Shown: positions 40,924-52,617 of the stretch, in pieces | How the letters are laid out: each line of letters opens with the position of its first letter | How positions within the stretch are numbered: the stretch's first letter is position 1 | Source: Camelus ferus | Lineage: Eukaryota | Direction of reading: 5' to 3' | DNA: 64,000 nucleotides | NCBI RefSeq assembly: GCF_009834535.1 | Contig: NC_045697.1 | Coordinates: 40,302,001 to 40,366,000, forward strand | Translations under genes and position numbers: made by a program | Notes under the pieces: generated by a model | The model's input: the letters and a program-made list of their open reading frames with translations, nothing else | Told to the model about the DNA's origin: nothing | Database searches by the model: none

Positions 40924-42240
40924 TTTCTTTTCTTTCTTTCTTTCTCTTTCTTTCTTTTCTTCCTTCCTTCCTTCCTTCCTTTTTCTTTCTTTCTTTTTTC
41001 TATCTTCTCTCTGTGTTCACTGATTTTTTTCCTTTGTCCTCTCTGTTCTTCTACTGAGCTCATCCATTGAGTTTTTTTTTTAATTTTAGTTATTATATTT
41101 TTTAGTTCTAAAATTTCTATTTGGTTCCTTGTCTCTTCTATTTGTTTCCTAAGACTTTCTGCTTTTCATTTGTTTGAAATGTGTTCATAAACTGCTGATT
41201 GGAGCATTTCATAATGGCTGCTTTAAAATTAACATCTCTGTCATCTCAGTGTTGGCATTTATTGTCTTTTTTTCATTCAGTTTAAGATCTTCCTGTTTCT
41301 TTGTATGATGAGTGATTTTCAGTTGACTCCCAGATATTTGTATAATACATTATGAAACTCCCGACCTCATTCAGTCTCTGTTTTGGCTGACTGTCTGTGA
41401 CTGCGTCCAGCAGGGGCAGGGAATGCCTTGCCTTATCAGGGCCGGGTGGAGGTGAAAGCTGTTTTCTCATGTGGGCTCTGTTGACGCTGAGTGTGTGGGT
41501 CTGTGGCTCCGCATTGCTCCAGGCAGGGGTGAGATTTCTGTCTCCCCACATGGTCTCGATTGGCGCCAGGGATAGGGGACATCATCACCACTGGGCAGTG
41601 GTGAACGTCTTAACTCTTTGGGAAACCTCCTCTGACATCACCTCAGCAAGGAGGTGCCTGGTGCGAGTGGACCCAGGGTCCCCATTTGGTCTCCGCTGAC
41701 ACCACAGGGCCAGCAACTCACAGGTTGGCTGAGATGAGAGTCTCCGCTCCCTTGTAAGCCTTCTCTGACACCATCTTGGGATGGCGGTAGGGAGTGGGGA
41801 GCCTTGTTACAGCCTCTAGAGGATAGAACACTTGGCTTCTATGGGTGGGAGGTGGGGCAGAAGTAAAGTCATTATTGTCTAAAATTTTCGGTCTTGCTAG
41901 GCTGCCCCATTCCTGTTCTTTTGACCAGAGAGTGCAGGCTTCTGTTGGGACTTTTTTTTTTACCTACTCCATTTGATATTTCTGGGTTGCCAATATCTTC
42001 AGGTCCAAGTCAGAGACATGTGCAGCAAAAAGAAAACCCAGGGAACTTAACACTTTGTCATTCCTTGGGTCTCGTGGTCCCTGGCCAGTCTGCCTAATTC
42101 TCTCCACCTCTCAGTGTTTTCATTGGTTTGTTTTACGTATATGTCCATTATGTATGTAACGTATGGCCATATATATTAGTTGTACTTAGCAGGAGGAATA
42201 GGGGAAGGTACCCTCTACTCCGTCTTCACTGAAGTGAAAG
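40640..42240 (-). mobile_element. Old L1 5' region (L1MC/L1MD-like) interrupted by (TTTC)n
   Basis: Clearly similar to 25900-27370 (atggctgctttaaaat..., agatcttcctgtttctt, cccagggaact). Confidence 0.75.
40844..41000 (+). repeat. (TTTC)n / (TTCC)n tetranucleotide microsatellite
   Basis: Directly visible. It explains the FLSF and KKER pseudo-ORFs. Confidence 0.98.
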
Positions 42241-42264
42241 TCATCTATTACTGTTATTTTTAAA

Positions 42265-44400
42265 ACAGTTTTTAAAAGACAAGTTTTAGGTTCACAACAA
42301 AATTGAGAGGAAGGTACAGAGATTTCCCATATAATCCTTCTCCTACACATGCATAGTGTCCCCCATGATCAACATCATTACCAGATGGCACATTTGTACC
42401 AGGGATGAGCCTACATTGACACATCACTCAAAGTCCATATTTTACCTTAGGGCTCACGCTTGGTGTTGTACATTTTGTGGGTCTGGACAATTGTATAATG
42501 GCATGTGTCTATAATATAGCATCATACAAAATATTTACACCATCTCAAAAATCCTCTTTGCTCTGCCTATTCATCCCCCCTCCCCAGCTGATCTTCTTAT
42601 TGTTTCCATAGTTTTGCCTTTTCTAGGATGTCATATAGTTGGGATCCTTCTCAGATTGGCTTCTTTCACTTAGTAATATGAACTTGAGTTCCCTCCACAT
42701 TTTTTATGGCTTGATGGCTTAGTTCCTTTTAGTTCTGAGTAGTATTCCATTGTCTGGATGTACAAGTTTTATTTACCCATTCACCTACTGAAGGACATCT
42801 TGGTTGCTTCCAAGTTTTGGCAATTATGAATAAAGCTGCTATAAATATCCATGGGCAGATTTTTATGTGGACATGTTTTCACCTCCGTTGGGTAAATTTC
42901 AAGGAGAGTGATTGTTGAATCATATAATAAGAATATGTTTAGTTTTGTAAGATACTGCCAAACTGTCTTTGTAATTGGCTGTACCATATTGCATTCCCAT
43001 CAGCAATATATAAGAGTTCCTGGCTGGTTGGTGTTGTCAGTGTTCTGGATTTTGGCCATTCTAATAGATGTGTCGTCATTGTTGTTTTAATTTGCATTTC
43101 CTGATGACATATGGTGTGGAGCATCTTTTCATATGCTTATTTGCCATTTGAATATCTTCTTTGGCGGGGCATCTGTTAAGGTCTTTGACTAACTTTTTAA
43201 TTAGATCATTTTCTTATGTTGAATTTTAATTCTTTGTATATTTTGGGTAACATCTTTATCAGATGTATCTTTTGCAAATATTTTCTCCCAGTCTGTGGTT
43301 TGTCGTCTAATCTCTTGACATTATCTTTCACATACCATAAGTTTTTAATTGTAATGGTGTCCAGCTTCTCAGTTATTTCTTTCATGGATTGTGTCTTTGG
43401 TGTTGTAGTTTAAAGGTCATTGCCATGCCCAAGGCCATGCAAGTTTTCTGTGCCATCTAGGAGTTTTATTGTTTTGCATTTTTTTTTTTTTTAGGTCTAT
43501 GATCCATTTTGAGTTAATTTTTGTGAAATGTAAAGTCTATGTCTAGATTCAGTTTTTTTCCATTTGGATGTCCCATTTTCCAGCACTGCTTGTTGAAGAG
43601 ACTATCTTTTTTACATTGTTTTGTTTTTGTTCCTTTGTCAAAGATCGGTTGACTATATTGATGCCAGTCCATTTCTGGTCTCTCTGTTCTGTTCCATTGC
43701 TCTATTTGTCTGTTTGCCAATACCACACTGTCTTGACTATGGTAGCTTTATAGCAAATATTGAAGTCAGGTGGTGGTCAGTCCTCCAAATTTGTCCTTCT
43801 TCAATATCTTGTTCACTATTCTAGGTCTTTTGCCTCTCCATGTAAACTTTTGGATCAGTTTGTCAATATTCATAAAATACCTTGCTGTGATTTTTATTGA
43901 GATTGCACTGAATCTATAGATCAAGTTTGGAAGAACTGACATCTTAACAATATTGAATCTTTCTATCCATGAACATGGGATATTTCTCCTTTTATTTAAG
44001 TCTTCTTTGATTTCGTTCATTGAAGTTTTGTAGTTTTTCTCATATAGATCTTGTACGTATTTTGTTAGATTTATATAAATATTTAATTTACTAAAATAAA
44101 TGGTATTGTGTTTTTAACTTCAAATTCCACATATTCATTGTTGATATGCAGGAAAGCAATTGATTTTTGTATATTAACTTGTATCCTGCAGCCTTGCAAT
44201 TATCAGTTATTAGTACCAGGAGTTTTTTTGTTGTTAATTCTTTGGGGTTTTCTATATAGACAATCATGTCTTCTGTGAACAAAAGCAGTTTTATGCCTTC
44301 CTTCCCAATGTGTATACCTTCTCCTCCACCCTTTTGTTACCTTATTGCGTTAGTAAGGACTTCCTGTATGATGTTGGAAAGGAGTGGTGAGAGGAGATTT
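42265..44400 (-). mobile_element. Old L1 (L1MC/L1MD-like) ORF2 end + 3'UTR
   Basis: Minus-strand ORFs give ORF2 peptides (IPCSWIERFNIVKMSVLPNLIYRF; FTEDMIVYIENPK; QWNRTERPE). Confidence 0.9.
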
Positions 44401-45731
44401 TTTTTAAATCTACATTATCACATTTTTCATATAGTTTTGTCATTTCTCTGATTTTAATAGCATTCTTTGTCTTAAAGATCAGGAAATACTAAAGAGCACA
44501 GGGGAGCCAATATCGTCATGCAATAGGACACTATCCTAGCCTCCACCCTGTTCAGAATTCTTACAAATAAGCTAAGATGAATGCCTAAAAGGTAACAATA
44601 TATTTACATCTCAAAAAACTGAGAGGGATAGTTAATATATACAATCATAAAATCAAGATTCAAAAAAACCTCAATAACATAGTATTATAAAATATGACAT
44701 TATGCATTTTGATTTTGAAAAAATATATATAATATGGTATAAAGGAGCTAGTTTAATATTGGTTCTTACGGAGCAAGCAACAAGCAAACAAAAAACAGAA
44801 GGAGGGTAGCTCTTAGGTAATTAGAAATTAAATAAGAAGCAGAGGAAACTGATATTAGTTCAGCCTGTACGTTGGGCCAAGCACTGGTACAGGCATTTTA
44901 TAGATGCCAAGGAATCTACACAACTGTAGACTATATTAAGATAAGTGAGTGGCCAGAATAAGGGAGGTAACTGTCACACTGTGTGCTGAGCTGTGTAGAT
45001 GATATGTGGACATTGTTCCCAACTAATTGGAGGTGACAAGCATGGTGACAGGTCACATGAAAGGTCACTGAAAAATGTTTAATTTGAAAGCTGTCAAGTG
45101 GAAAAAAATGAATTATTCTGCCTTGAACCGGAAGTGCAAGGCAGTGCTTTCTCTGTTAATGTAGGTATTTAAGCAGTGGCAAAATGACCAGCTATTAGGG
45201 ATAAAGGAAAGTGGTCTGTTTTAGGTGAGCACTGGGCTAGATGACCTCCAAGGGTCCTTCCAAGAATCCACACACCTCTATCGGCCAAGTTAAAAAAAAG
45301 AACGGCGGAGTTCTAGTCTCAGGGGCGTTAGCCTCTCAAAGCTGGGCACAGCTGGCCTTCAGCTTTGAGGAGATCCAGACATTAGTAAGAAAGAAGAGAT
45401 GCTTTCAGTTAAGATAAATTCCAGCTATTATCTTAGGAAACAGGAAATACAGGGTTTCATAGGAGAAATGTGTGCAAACAAAAGCTAGATTTAGATTCCA
45501 GGGGGACTGTTATTCAAACAAAAGAGCCCTTGTTTTTTATTATGGAGTTCGAAAGTACTGGGATATGGGCATTATAAAAGAGAGGCACCTGCTTGTATAT
45601 TAAAAAAAAGTAACTTCTTATAGGGAGATATCGTCTCCAAATTTAATCATGAACGAAAAGAAAAGACTCTCTCAAGTGCTCTGCTTAATTTTAGTTCTCC
45701 AAGTGCTAAAATTTTAAAAAACTGAGTGAGG

Positions 45732-45746
45732 GTGCCATCTAGTGAC
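45732..45746 (-). promoter_or_regulatory. Candidate CTCF site GTCACTAGATGGCAC
   Basis: Near-consensus CCASYAGRKGGCRS core with one mismatch. Confidence 0.55.
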
Positions 45747-48700
45747 TGTTTTCTGGTTTTCAATTTTGGAAGCCCGTGAACATGTGTGCCCATGGCAGTG
45801 ATTTTGGAACCTAGTTGTGCATTGGTATTATCTGGAAGTTTCTCTAACCTTTGGCTTCCTAGGACCCACCTGAAGTCAAAATCAGAATCTTTAGAGATGG
45901 GGCCCTAGAGGTTCTGCTTTCATTTTAGAAATCTTCGAATGTTTGGAATTAAATGCCCTGGGGGCACGGTGTGTGTGGGATGAAGTGTCATGAACCAAAT
46001 TAAAGTGCAGTATTTACCTACTTGCTCTAAGAATTTGGTTTCAGGAATATGCAAATTGGTGCTACATCTTTGTACCTCTGAAACGTAAGATCGGCTAGCG
46101 TTTACCCTACAGCTATAGGCAGAGATACACAAAGATGTTTATTATAACACTGGGTTTAATCAGGATTAACTAAAAATGACTTAAATGTTCATCAATAGGA
46201 TTTGGCTACAAAATGACAGTAAACTCAAACTTTGAAATTCTATGCAACCATTTAAAAGAAAGGTATTTTTTTTATATGCTGACACCCCAGATGTATTGTG
46301 TGCAGAAAGCAAGGCTGTATTTTTAGGAAAGAGGTGATTCAGATGTAAGTGGTCTGGAGCTGATCTCAGAAACACTGCATTAGTGGGTAGACAGAGTAAT
46401 AGTTGTGATACAGGGCCATGAACGGGGCCCAGGGATTTTTTCATTGTTAACAGGTTCCTCAAATGGTTTTAATGCAAACCAGCATTTGAAATCACTCGTG
46501 TGGGCATCTTCCCAGTAACCCTCCAGTCAGACTCCTAGGCCCCCTCTAGGTCCTTGGCCAGTCCAGACCCTGCACTGTGGGAACACTTTCAGTCGGTGAT
46601 GGAGATCCTGTGCCTCATGGCTTTTCTCTGTGAACACATGATGAAAACACGACATAAAATGAGTTTACAAGACACCCTTGAAACATGGACCTCCAGACAG
46701 GCTCTTGCCAAAGAGAACTTGTTCCCAGTGTGTGGGTGGGGCTTCCCCAGTTCACCACGATGTGGAGAGTTATCTGGTGGCTGTAGAGTTGTGGCGAGCC
46801 GTCACGTACAGATCAGTCATTCTAACAGGATGTGACCACAGCATGTGTCTCTCTACAAGAAGGGACAGAAAGTGTGACAAGGAAACAAAGAAGGAAGCAA
46901 AGGAGCAAAAGTTGAAAGTGCAAAGGAGCAAAAGGTCACAAAGGGCTGATGTGAGATGTGCTTGCTGCTCTGTTTCCCAAAGGCTTGGGTGACTGTCCCT
47001 TCTTAATCGGATTTTCCATTAGTAGAATTTGTGAGGTAGAATCCATGTGTCTGCAGGGTCCTCTACAAAGTCGTCTTTCTGACCCGTGGCCTGTCCAGTG
47101 CTAAATTCTGGTCCCAGAGGCCCAGATTGGTGGAAGGAACCAGCCCCTCCCAGGGAAGGTGTCTCAGCCCTCAGCTGGGCTAGCATGTTTTATAACCGGG
47201 GCTGTGAGGTTGGAGGGATCAATGAAGACGGAGAATACGGGTGGGAAGCCGTCCTCGGACCCCCCCACGCCTTCCTGCAGCCAACGGAAACGAGTCTCTC
47301 CTCTGAGTCTCTGGCATCTGGTCTCACGGGGATTGTATAGTTTTGAGTAAGTGAGGAGGCTGCATTATGTCAGTTTACGCTCACTTGTCCATCAGTCACT
47401 TACTCGAAGTACATGGGAGTAAGCCTCGAATCAGTTTGCATGTGTTTCTTTTTCAAAATAATGTTTATAGTTTTCTGATTATAAAAGAAGAGAAGAATGC
47501 AGTACATAAATTTACAAAGAATATAGGAAATGTAAAGGAAAAAAAAAATCCCAGATGCATCCCATTTTCCCTTCCAGTCCTTAGTTTCTAAGTATATATT
47601 TATATACATTTTAAGAAAACTGGTATCATTTTATATTGTTTGGTACCCTGTTCTGTTAAACTACTACGTCCTTTCACCACATTACTAAGTACTTTAAACA
47701 TTAAAAATTTCATTATTTACCTCTACTACAATTTATTCAATCTACTATTGAAGTATATTTAGTGTTTTCTGTTTTTCTCCATTATAAACTCTTGTTTTTT
47801 TAATTAAATCTGAATGCCACTGGTCTCTCACCATTGTTCATAATATTAGCTGTTTTTAAGATATCCATTCTTTATCATGGGACTATATCATGTCCTGATT
47901 CTCCTTGTTTATGAATAATTTGAAAATCAGAAATGAATGTTGAGTGTTTAAGAATGACATTCAACATTCTTCCAGTTTCTCGGTCCAAAACTTTAAAGTC
48001 ATTTGTTCTCCTTTTCTTTCTTTTAAACCCTCATATTAAAAAAAACAAATCAGTAAATCTGCCAGCTCGCGTTGCACCACACACACAGAACCTGACCACT
48101 TCTCGCCCCACATCTGGATGATCATGGCAGCCTCCAGACCTTCCTCTGCTCCCCCCTGCATCAGACTGCATCCTGATCTCGGCCACAGAAGCCAGTTATC
48201 CTATTAAGTCAAGTCGGGCTGGGCACATTTTGCTCACAATTTTCAAGTGGACTTCGTCTTACTCCTCAGTCTACAAGGCTCTGTTGTCTGTTCCTCCGAC
48301 ATTTGGGCTAGACCTCCTACCACTCCCCGTTTGCACATCCACTCAAACCATGTTGGCTCTCCTGCTGTCCCTGTTAGTTGCTTTTGAAATGCGGGCTTCA
48401 TAGTGTCTAGAAACAGATGCACTGTGAGTGCCTCCTTGGTTCACAGTGGGACCTAAAGACTGAGTGAGGAGACAGGTTGTTTCCTGTGGATTACAGCAGT
48501 CGCCCTTTGGGTAGCCTTACTGCCAGCCTTCTGCCCTCCAGCTCCCCCTGCCTGGTCCCAGCGTCACCGCCTCCCATGGTGGGAACGATCTTTCTTAAGC
48601 TCTGAAATACATAGAGTGTCATTTAAGGTCATCAACTGTCAAGCCTCATTTGCCTGTTGGAACTTGACTGTCTGCAGCCCCTCTGAATGTGGAATGCCTC

Positions 48701-49654
48701 AAGAAAAATGGATTTTACTCCATCTTTATTCTTCCCTTCAGCTAGAGTTCATTGCTTTCCTCAGAACTATAATCACTTTATTTATATTTCTATTGTTGAA
48801 CTTACCACAGTCTGTGTTGTGTCTTTTCTATGTCTTTCTCCTTGACTGAATTACAGTCTTGGTAAGAGCCAGGAGCATCTCTTTCCTTCTTTTGATCACC
48901 ATGGAATTTTGTAAAATGTGATCATTCGGTAAGTGTTCTTCAACTGAGCTGAATGTTCTGCCAAACAGAATCAGGTATCTTAACTGGCTGGAGTTGCCAA
49001 CAGTTGAATTAGGGCTGCAGAACCAAGGCGCATATTTGCAAGCAGAGACATCTAAAAAGTTGAGGTTCGAGAGAGCAGCGTGTGTGGAAATAAATTCCAG
49101 AGCCTGGAGTGATCTTTTCTTTTTGGGCACAAGGTGGCAGACTATGTCCACTTCAATAATTGCATATAAGGCCGCTTGGTGAGGCTGAGATGTTCTGTCC
49201 TATTTTGGAAATTTATTTGAAAAAATATAAATGAAGCTAGTGCAGCTTGATGGCTGAAATCTGGATTTGCGTTGTTTCCTTTACAACACCCGGTGTTTTT
49301 ATGTGATCAGACCACTCGCATGTGAAAGTCTGACATAATCTGGGATAGCACTGGCGGGTTGATTTCAAGTCATTTATCCGCAATTTAAAAACTAACATAG
49401 TTTACTTCTCTAACTGCCTCTAGTTGTGTGTATGTGTGTGTGTGCCCAAAATGTCTTTTTTTCTAAAAAAAAACAAAAGCAAAGTACTAAGAATAGTTTA
49501 TTCCGGAATTATGATGGTGACTAGTTTATTAGGCAATACGTTAAATGTTTCCATTGATACCAGTTTCTGTTATACCTGGAAGATGGAGAAGAAATGAGGG
49601 GTAAAAGGTAGTTTCCAGGTTCCAAGTAGCATTTATTTTAGGTTCTCTCTTGAT

Positions 49655-49680
49655 ACACACACACACACACACACACACAC
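49655..49680 (+). repeat. (CA)n microsatellite
   Basis: Directly visible. Confidence 0.95.
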
Positions 49681-49789
49681 CGCTCACACATATTCAAGTA
49701 TGTGCATAGATGTATACACACACTCTCCACATATCTGTCTACATATACATACTTTACAGAATATGATGTATTCTGTCTACGTGACATAT

Positions 49790-49990
49790 GATAGTGCAGT
49801 GAATGCTTAAGAACAAAGACTCTGGAGCCTGACTGCTTGGACGCAAACCCTAGCTTACTAGTTGAATCATTTACTAACAGCTCTGTGCCTCAGTTTCCTC
49901 ATCTGTAAATGGGGGATAATGATACTACTTGTATAATAGGGTGTCTGTGCAGATTAGAGGATTTAACTGAGCATGGCACATGTTAGCTGT
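49790..49990 (+). mobile_element. MIR SINE
   Basis: gactctggagcctgactgc...ctctgtgcctcagtttcctcatctgtaaatgggg. Confidence 0.85.
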
Positions 49991-50464
49991 TATTCTTTGT
50001 ATGTATCTGATTTATTCCATAGCTTATACTACAGCTTTTATTTAGTTTAAAAAAAGCAACTTCTATCTACCCATTGTGGGAGTTTAGATTTTTTGAAGAC
50101 ACCCTAATGTACTGACATTGACTTCTATTTATCTGTGTCACACAGATTATTCAACTCAACAAACTAGGTGCTATATGGAAAGTGCACTCATGATTTCTGC
50201 CGTCTGGGAACTTTCATCTCAAAGAGACAAGAGCTTGTCTCTTACCCTGTCCCCAGCCCGCTCTTCTTCTTCTCTGGGACCTTCTCCCTATGAAGAATGC
50301 CACCAATGGAGAGGTGTATCCATTAGGAATTCAATTCAGCTGTTGATAACCAAAAAAAGAACAGTCGCTTAACCAATAGAAAATTGTGTTACAGAATAAA
50401 CACACTGAAGGCAAGAGGCTGATGGGGCTGGTTTAGGGGCATGCCTGTGAGTCTTCTGTCCTTT

Positions 50465-51372
50465 TGTGTTAGAAAACCTACACTCCTGTCTATCCCGTTT
50501 GCTCTCACACGGCTATCACATGCACCACACTCCAACACCAGATGTGCGGGGTCTTTTCCCCCCACACCAAGAGCTTCTGTGACACCGGCTGGATGCCCTA
50601 CAGTTGAACTCAGTTCTGACACTGTCTACCCAGAGGTAGCATCAGATCCCACAGGTCCAAGGCTGAGTCCCACCAGATCCTCCCTCCCCCACTTCAGATG
50701 CTGATTGTAAGTCCAGACTGTCACTTGTGCTTCCGACCTATTGGCTATAGATGGGAGGTTTCCAAGACCTCCTCCTTGGATTCCATTAATTTCCTAGAGT
50801 GGCTCACAGAATGGAGGAAAATGGTTTATTACTGTTCACCAGTTTATTGTAAGGGGACATGAAGGGTACAGATGGACACCCAGATGGACAAATGCGCAGG
50901 GCAAGGTATGTGGGAAGGGGCTTGGAGTTTCCACGCTCTCTCTGGGTGGGCCACTCCCCCATCACCTCCACATGTTCGCACACTTGGACGCTCCCTGAAC
51001 TCCACAGGTTAGGGATTTTTATCACATAGGCATAATCAACCATAAACTCCATTTCCAGCCCCTCTCCCCTCTATGGAGAATTGGGGAGGAGGGTTGTAAC
51101 TTTTAAGCTTCTAATCATCACTTGGTCTTTCTGGTGACCAGCCCTCATCCAAGAGCCCACCCAGAGTCACCTCATTAGAACAAGAGACACTGCTGTCACC
51201 CAGGAAATTCCAAGGGATTTAGGAACTCTGTATCAGGAACTGGGGTCAAAGACCAAATCTTGGAACAAAGATGCTCCTAGTGCTTTTATCACTTAGGAAA
51301 TTACACAGGTTTTAGGAGTTTTGTGGCAGGAACTGGTTGCAGAGACTAAGATATGTATTTTCTGATCTCACA
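50465..51372 (-). mobile_element. ERVL solo LTR, MER21-like, nested in an older MLT1-type LTR (flanks about 50325-50464 and 51373-51640)
   Basis: About 900 bp with TG...CA ends and MER21-type text (gttctgacactgtctacc..gcatcagatcccacag, ttggtctttctggtgaccagccc, aggaaattccaagggatttagg). Confidence 0.75.
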
Positions 51373-52063
51373 CCCTCCCTTCACGGTCACACAATGGCTC
51401 CTGCACCCCCAAGCATCGTGCTGATGTTAAGCAAAGAAGAATGGAGTAAGCAGAGATGAAAGGTGGGACTAGCTGTATATGTTCTCTTACGGAGAAGAGC
51501 AAAAAGCTTCCAGAACTCGCTCCCCGCTCGGACCAGGAGGCTTAGGGCTGATTTCCAGAACGGCGTCACAAGGCCATTAGCTGGAAAAACATCTATGCTG
51601 AAGATCAGAATAAAGAAACAGGCCTGAAATGATTGGGATCAGCGACGAAAGTATCTGCCGAAGAAAGTTTTTGTCTTGGCTTCGCATTTGTGCTTCTGCT
51701 TCTCATATCCTCCCTGGTGCCCTCCCTCCACCCCATTCCCCTCTTTGTCCGGAAGGAGGTAGAACTGAGAAAAGTGATAACATGGAGATTCGCTTCAGGA
51801 AATAAAATTTACTCTATGAGATGTTACAAACAAGCAACAGAGGAAAGGGCATACAAGGACACGAAGCAGGATCTCTTTATTAGAGCCGAGGGAGGTCAGA
51901 GGAAAGGGGAAATGCTGACGTAAGCCGGGCGGGATGCAGGGGGGCTATGATGCTTGCTTTATGCAGTCAGTTCATTTCACAGCCACCGCCTTTGCCAGAG
52001 GCAGACCTCATCTGTTGCCCCTGAAATGAAGCACCGCAGATGACAGACTTTCTTATCAATCAT

Positions 52064-52069
52064 TTTATT
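52064..52069 (-). terminator. MEPE: Candidate MEPE polyadenylation signal (distal AATAAA)
   Basis: TTTATT on plus, about 550 nt after the stop codon. Confidence 0.6.
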
Positions 52070-52229
52070 ACAGATTATCATACAAGAGATACTGTATTTC
52101 ATGTCTACAGAGCAAACAACAGAGGGAGAATTTTATGACACTCACAACCTATTTTTAAATGATACCTGTTTAAATGTTACCTATTCCAGAAATCCTTAAT
52201 GAATTTTATTCCTTAATAAAGTATCATAA

Positions 52230-52401
52230 TTTTTTAACTGAAGTATAGTATAGATTTACAACATTGTGTTAGTTTCTGGTGTACGGCATAGCGATTCTGT
52301 TATACATGTATATATTCCTTTTCATCTTCTTTTCCACTATAGGCCATTACAAGGTATTGAATATAATTCCCTGTGCTATACGGTAGGACATTGTTGTTTA
52401 G
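52230..52401 (-). mobile_element. 5'-truncated young-type L1 3' end inside the MEPE 3'UTR, same orientation as MEPE
   Basis: Similar to the other L1 3' ends here (gaagtatag...tttacaacattgtgttagtttctggtgtac...ttccctgtgctata). T-run at 52230-52235. Possible TSD TCATAA (52224-52229 / 52402-52407). Confidence 0.9.
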
Positions 52402-52617
52402 TCATAACCTTGACTAGGATTTCATAAAGCATCAAAACTTTGAACAGGATTTCATTCTACGACCATGAAAATTGCAACAGCCCTCCTCAGGAGGCCGGGT
52501 TCCCTGGTGTGTTCAGTGCCGGCTGGGTCCTTCAGCCGGTCCGTTACCACGTGGCTCTCCTCTAGAGCATCAAGTCCCAGACCACTAGTGTTCGCCCCTT
52601 TGTCCTGCTGGGAATTC

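Larger units (their letters stand above)
52045..52617 (-). other. MEPE: MEPE 3'UTR (3' end approximate)
   Basis: Follows TAG. AATAAA on the minus strand at 52210-52205 and 52069-52064. Confidence 0.7.

Noticed and set aside
40708..41070. FLSF-repeat and KKER-repeat ORFs
   Set aside because: Translations of the (TTTC)n microsatellite.
25900..42240. Segmental duplication between 25900-27370 and 40680-42240
   Set aside because: Similarity is moderate and confined to old L1 5' sequence; the flanks do not match.
1..52000. Hidden SCPP/SIBLING paralogue, processed pseudogene or other protein gene among the short intergenic ORFs
   Set aside because: I recognised no signal-peptide exon, S-x-E exon or known protein. 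The identifiable ORFs are L1 ORF2 fragments. A tBLASTn/BLASTx search would be needed to exclude highly decayed remnants.
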